Below, one piece after another: positions 7,492 through 11,754 of a stretch of DNA of 11,754 nucleotides. The notes beneath the pieces were generated by a model. That model was not told the DNA's origin, made no database searches, and saw only the letters and a list, made by a program, of their open reading frames with translations. The number at the start of each line of letters is the position of its first letter. The stretch's first letter is position 1. The stretch is from NCBI GenBank assembly GCA_037381445.1, contig JARRQT010000135.1:1-11754 (forward strand). The letters run 5' to 3'. The translations under genes were made by a program, and so were the position numbers. This DNA is from Calditrichia bacterium (GTDB lineage: Bacteria; Calditrichota; Calditrichia; RBG-13-44-9).

Positions 7492-7923
7492 ATGAGCCAG
7501 ATTGTTGTGAAAAACGTGGACGGAATTACCTTTGTCGGGCGCGGGAACACTAAGCACTGGGTTCCGATGGACGGACCGGAAACTTTCGGCGGCTCGGATG
7601 CCGGGACCCGTCCCATGGAGTTGTTCCTCATCAGCCTGGCGGGATGCACCGGGGCGGACGTGGCATCGTTGATGAAGAAGATGCGGGTCCCTTATCAGAA
7701 GTTCGAGGTTTATGTGGATGCGGAGCGGGCTGAAGAGCATCCCAAGGTTTACACCAAAATTGATTTAAAGTACAAGTTCTGGGGAAAAAATCTGGAAGAA
7801 AACAAGGACAAAATTGAAAAATCCATCAATCTTTCCCAGGATAAGTACTGCTCGGTTTCAGCAATGATCCGTGCCGCGGATATTCCACTGAATTACACCT
7901 ATGAGTTGGCCGAAAGCGAATGA
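7492..7923 (+). CDS. OsmC/Ohr-superfamily protein (YhfA-like)
   Basis: 143 aa with GTRPMELFLISLAGCTGADV, EEHPKVYTKI and SQDKYCSV, so both conserved cysteines are present. SD GGAGG at 7482-7486, 12 nt after the TlpA stop. Confidence 0.92.
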   Translation: MSQIVVKNVDGITFVGRGNTKHWVPMDGPETFGGSDAGTRPMELFLISLAGCTGADVASLMKKMRVPYQKFEVYVDAERAEEHPKVYTKIDLKYKFWGKNLEENKDKIEKSINLSQDKYCSVSAMIRAADIPLNYTYELAESE

Positions 7924-7951
7924 GCTTTTTTTGGATCGAATTATGAGAAGC

Positions 7952-7988
7952 GGGGAGTTTCGTAATAAAAACTCCCCATTTTTTATTT
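7952..7988 (+). terminator. Rho-independent terminator of the PDO-TlpA-OsmC operon
   Basis: A perfect 9-bp stem GGGGAGTTT-CGTAATAA-AAACTCCCC (7952-7977) is followed by ATTTTTTATTT. Confidence 0.85.
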
Positions 7989-8059
7989 ATGGAATACGAC
8001 CTCCCTCCTTTTAAAAAAAGGTGCCACTCAAGTGCCTTCGCTCCCGGGCCAAATTCCCA

Positions 8060-8089
8060 TTGCAATTTATCCCTCTTTTTATTTACATT
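8060..8089 (+). promoter_or_regulatory. Candidate sigma70-like promoter for the alpha-2-macroglobulin gene
   Basis: TTGCAA (8060-8065), an 18-nt spacer, then TACATT (8084-8089), downstream of the terminator. It would imply a 5' leader of about 170 nt. Confidence 0.4.
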
Positions 8090-8267
8090 ATGTGAAGTTT
8101 ATCATTACTGAAAGTGTAAACTCGATTCGCTTTGCCTTTCAAAAAGCTGCAAATGAGTTGATGATTTAACTTTTGAATAAATTCGCGCCGGGCTGCTGGA
8201 ATCATCCCGCCGCGGGAATTCTCCTGCAATTTTCCAATGCCTTGAAAATCAAAAAGAGGGATTCGTT

Positions 8268-11200
8268 ATGAACAGAGGTTTGATGTTCCGGAACGTTTCA
8301 AAATTTGCAGACCCCATATTAACAAAAACAGTCACAACATTTGCTTTGCTCCTCCTTATGCTCCTTGCCTTGAGCTGCGGAAAAGAGGAAAAGCCGGAAA
8401 GCAAGCAGATCAGCTATCCGGCGGAAACCGCAAAGATGGTGAGTGCCGTGACCTCCGGCATCATTTCTCCGGACAGCCCCATTAAAGTCCGTTTTGTGGA
8501 CCCCGTAGTGGGAGACAACCTGGCGGGCGCGTCTCTTACCAAACAGGTATTCAGCTTCAGCCCCCACCTTGACGGGATAACCAAATGGGAAGATACCCGC
8601 ACCCTGGTCTTTCAACCCAACCAGCCCCTTTCCATGCGGGCGAAATACATCGGGCAGTTGGATATGAACCTGCTTCTCCCGGCATCCAAAGACAAAAAAC
8701 TCCAGCCGCTGGAAATCGCCTTTGAAGTTTCCGGCCGGGAGGTTTCGACCGTCAGCGGGGATTTCGAGCCGGTGAATGGCAACCGTCCGGACGAAGTGAT
8801 CTATCAAGGCTCTGTCAGCTTTACCCAACCTGCCGATTCTGAAAATGTGAAAAAGGCCGTAAAATTAACAATGGATGGCAAAACTGTGCCACTGACCATT
8901 CATGCCCGGCCCGGCAATGAAACCTTCTCTTTTGCCAGCCAGGTGATCAAACGGAATGACAAACGAATGCAATTGTCATTTAGCATCCTCAAAGGTCCGT
9001 TGGACCTCTCGGCAAATTATCACAAGGCAATCTCCCTGGAGCCCTTACAGGAGATGAAGGTCACCGGGATCGTCAACAAGGAATTGGGGAATGAGCCGGT
9101 CATCCAAATCGATTTCTCCGATGACCTCGATCCCGAACAGAACCTCAGCGGCCTTATCGGCATTGATCCGCCGCAGGCGATTAACCTGAAAATCAGCGGG
9201 AAAACCGTCTATGTCATGGGGAAATTCTCTAACGGCGAAAACCATAAAATATTGGTTCACCCCGGCATCCGCAGCAAATGGGGCACCAAAACCCGACAGG
9301 AAACCTCCAAAGAGATCGCTTTCGAGGACATAAAGCCCCAGATAAAATTTGTCAGCGGCGGCGCATTTCTGCCCACCAGCAATCAGGACAAGATCGCTTT
9401 CCAGACCGTGAATCTGCAGCGCGTTCATCTGGAAATCATGAAGGTGTTCGACTCCAATGTGGGACAATTCCTACAGAGCCAGAAGCTTTCCAGCGGGGAA
9501 GACCGCAACGAGGCGTTCCCTGACTGGGAAATGAGACGGGTGGGAATAAACATTGTAAACGATACGCTCGAGATCGGCGACACCCGGAATGAATGGCTGC
9601 AGAGCGAACTGGACCTGCGCAAAATCCTGGAGAATGATGAGAAGGGGCTTTATATCATCACCCTGGAATTCCAGAAAAAGGACATTCTTTATCATTTCCG
9701 GGAGGATGATGAATCGGAGTCCAATCGCAGGTATGGATACTATTATGGGGAGAATTATTACTCCAATCCCGCCTCGCCCGGCTACTATTACCGGCACGGC
9801 CGGATTTATAAAGCGGTCATTTTGAGCGATATCGGGCTCTCCTATCTGCAGGGATACCGGCAGCACATTGTCTATGCCACGAATATATCGGACGCCAAAC
9901 CGATGCCCGGCATTGATATTCAACTGCGGACCTACCAGAACCAGATCATTGCGCGGCAAACGACGGATGGAGACGGAAAAGCTGTTTTTGAGGATATCAG
10001 CCAGGATGTATTCTATGTGCAGGGAAAGAAAGACGGCCAGCGGAGCATCGTCAAGCTCAATGAAATGAGCTGGAACATGTCCGCATTTGATGTGGGTGGC
10101 GCTGAATTGCCTCCCGGCGGCACCCGGGCATTCATCTATACCGAACGGGGCGTCTACCGGCCGGGAGATACGCTGCACATCTCCCTGATTGCGCGGAATG
10201 AGGATAACACCTTTCCGGAAAATCACCCGGTGACACTCAAGATTTACAATCCCAAAAACCAGCTGGTGTTCGAAAAGACCGGAAAAACAGCAAAGGACGG
10301 ATTCTATACCTTTGAATTCTCCACGGCCCCAGAGGATATGACAGGGAATTACAAGGCGGAATTTCTGGTGGGAACGCAGATATTCTATCACACCTTGAAA
10401 ATTGAAACCGTGGTTCCCTACCGCCTGAAGGTGACGCTGGAACCCAGGAAGAAGAAACTGGAACCGGACGATAAACTGCTGGATATCAATTTAACCGCCG
10501 CTTATCTGTTTGGTAATCCCGCCGCAGGTTTGCGCGCCGAAGTGACCGTAAAACTGGATAACCTGGACCAGCATTTCAGTCACTATCCCGGTTACACATT
10601 CTCGAATCAGGCCATGGAATACAAGCCGGTGGAATCGACCATCTTTGACGGCGATCTGAATATGGAAGGGAAAGCCAACATCGTGTGGCAATTACCCTCC
10701 TTCAAAAATGTCCCCTCCGCCATTCAGGCGCGGGTAAACGCCAGGGTTTATGAAAAAGGCGGCCGGGCTACCGAAAGCGACATCGACATACCGATTGACA
10801 CCTACAATTATTACGTTGGGCTGGAGAAGCCCAAATTCAAATACGGATATGTGGAAGTCGGCTCCCCCGTTACCGTGAATACCATTCTGGTGAATACCGG
10901 CGGCGAAGCGGTTGCCGGCCAATCGCTTGAATACCGTATTTATAAAAACAACCGTTACTGGTGGTGGGAATATGGGTCTTTGCAGGATTACCACCTGCGC
11001 TATAAATCCGATTCCAATACCGAACTGGTGGACAAGGGGACCATTGTCTCGCAGCCCACGCCGGCCGCCATTAAATTCAAGCCGCAGGACCGCGGCCAGT
11101 ACCTGATTGAGGTGCAGGCGGAGAACGGCAGCGGCCACACCGCCGGATTTTTCTTCAATGCCTATTACTGGGGAGAATCGCCCGGCGGAAAGGAAGCCGG

Positions 11201-11754
11201 CGCAATCACCCTGAAATCCGACAAACAGGAATATCATCCCGGCGAGGTGGCGGTGGTGACATTTCCCACCCCCAAAGAAGGTTCCATTTTGGTGGGAGTG
11301 GAAAAAGCAAGCCGAATTATCAGCACCCGCTGGATGAAACCGGCCCAGAACAAGAGCGAAACCAGGGTTGAAATACCGGTCACTGCGGAAATGCTCCCCA
11401 CGGCCTATGTCACGGTTTCCATCATACAGCCGCACAGCCAGACCCTGAACGACCGGCCGATCCGGATGTACGGCGCAATCCCGCTGAATGTGGTAGAGGC
11501 GAATACCCGGCAGGAAATCCAAATTAAAACGGCGGATGAACTCAAGTCCGGTAAACCTTTCGATGTTGAAATTCAAACCGCCGATCAGAAACCTACACAG
11601 TTTACGATTGCGGTGGTGGACGAAGGCCTGCTGGCGCTGACGGATTTCCGGACACCGGACCCCTGGAACGAATTCTTCAAAAAACTGCGGCTGGGCGTAA
11701 AGATTTACGATCTCTTTTCCGAGGTGATCGGCGCCAATAAGGGTGATATTTTCC
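8268..11754 (+). CDS. yfhM: Bacterial alpha-2-macroglobulin lipoprotein, N-terminal ~1162 aa (truncated by the window end)
   Basis: Missing from the ORF track because it has no stop in the window. Manual translation from ATG 8268 (SD GAGGG at 8256-8260) is open to the end. It has a lipobox LALS-C (Cys37, 8376-8378), FIYTERGVYRPGD (MG2-type motif, from 10131), LKIETVVPYRLKV, YLFGNPA, RYWWW, DKQEYHPGE, RMYGAIP and FTIAVVDEGLLALTDFRTPDPW. Confidence 0.95.
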   Translation, partial: MNRGLMFRNVSKFADPILTKTVTTFALLLLMLLALSCGKEEKPESKQISYPAETAKMVSAVTSGIISPDSPIKVRFVDPVVGDNLAGASLTKQVFSFSPHLDGITKWEDTRTLVFQPNQPLSMRAKYIGQLDMNLLLPASKDKKLQPLEIAFEVSGREVSTVSGDFEPVNGNRPDEVIYQGSVSFTQPADSENVKKAVKLTMDGKTVPLTIHARPGNETFSFASQVIKRNDKRMQLSFSILKGPLDLSANYHKAISLEPLQEMKVTGIVNKELGNEPVIQIDFSDDLDPEQNLSGLIGIDPPQAINLKISGKTVYVMGKFSNGENHKILVHPGIRSKWGTKTRQETSKEIAFEDIKPQIKFVSGGAFLPTSNQDKIAFQTVNLQRVHLEIMKVFDSNVGQFLQSQKLSSGEDRNEAFPDWEMRRVGINIVNDTLEIGDTRNEWLQSELDLRKILENDEKGLYIITLEFQKKDILYHFREDDESESNRRYGYYYGENYYSNPASPGYYYRHGRIYKAVILSDIGLSYLQGYRQHIVYATNISDAKPMPGIDIQLRTYQNQIIARQTTDGDGKAVFEDISQDVFYVQGKKDGQRSIVKLNEMSWNMSAFDVGGAELPPGGTRAFIYTERGVYRPGDTLHISLIARNEDNTFPENHPVTLKIYNPKNQLVFEKTGKTAKDGFYTFEFSTAPEDMTGNYKAEFLVGTQIFYHTLKIETVVPYRLKVTLEPRKKKLEPDDKLLDINLTAAYLFGNPAAGLRAEVTVKLDNLDQHFSHYPGYTFSNQAMEYKPVESTIFDGDLNMEGKANIVWQLPSFKNVPSAIQARVNARVYEKGGRATESDIDIPIDTYNYYVGLEKPKFKYGYVEVGSPVTVNTILVNTGGEAVAGQSLEYRIYKNNRYWWWEYGSLQDYHLRYKSDSNTELVDKGTIVSQPTPAAIKFKPQDRGQYLIEVQAENGSGHTAGFFFNAYYWGESPGGKEAGAITLKSDKQEYHPGEVAVVTFPTPKEGSILVGVEKASRIISTRWMKPAQNKSETRVEIPVTAEMLPTAYVTVSIIQPHSQTLNDRPIRMYGAIPLNVVEANTRQEIQIKTADELKSGKPFDVEIQTADQKPTQFTIAVVDEGLLALTDFRTPDPWNEFFKKLRLGVKIYDLFSEVIGANKGDIF

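Noticed and set aside
6206..7923. Possible selenocysteine recoding in the redox genes
   Set aside because: All active-site positions are ordinary Cys codons. The OsmC TGA falls at the natural protein end and is followed by a terminator.
8052..8235. Degenerate direct repeat AATTCCCATTGCAATTTATCC / AATTCTCCTGCAATTTTCC
   Set aside because: Only two gapped, AT-rich copies. This is not a CRISPR array or tandem repeat and has no further support.
8319..11576. Several minus-strand ORFs (169, 140, 306, 294 aa) and short off-frame plus-strand ORFs
   Set aside because: All overlap the continuous alpha-2-macroglobulin frame, which carries clear family motifs.

Overview
Ordinary chromosomal bacterial DNA with moderate GC, AT-rich spacers and strong Shine-Dalgarno sites. 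The protein styles suggest an FCB-group organism such as Calditrichota or a relative (inference only). From left to right the window holds: (1) the 5' end of a minus-strand membrane-protein gene missed by the ORF track; (2) a split AtuA system on the minus strand, with a ~453-aa AtuA/DUF1446 gene and a separate 116-aa AtuA C-terminal-like gene; (3) a divergent ABC-2-type permease-like gene broken by a frame change near 2680-2700 and probably internally deleted; (4) an acyl-CoA dehydrogenase and a 3-methylcrotonyl-CoA-carboxylase-type carboxyltransferase, together resembling a leucine/isovalerate or acyclic terpene catabolic module; (5) a thiol-redox operon of a Pyrococcus-type protein disulfide oxidoreductase, a TlpA lipoprotein and an OsmC/YhfA protein, with a candidate ECF-sigma promoter and a clear intrinsic terminator; (6) the first ~1162 codons of a lipoprotein alpha-2-macroglobulin, which runs off the window and is absent from the ORF track. 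I found no mobile elements, CRISPR arrays, tRNA or rRNA. Nothing here proves a new system. The best leads are the split AtuA next to an incomplete branched acyl-CoA pathway, the PDO-TlpA-OsmC operon with its promoter, the hidden pseudogene, and a long-range inverted repeat covering the alpha-2-macroglobulin ribosome-binding site.
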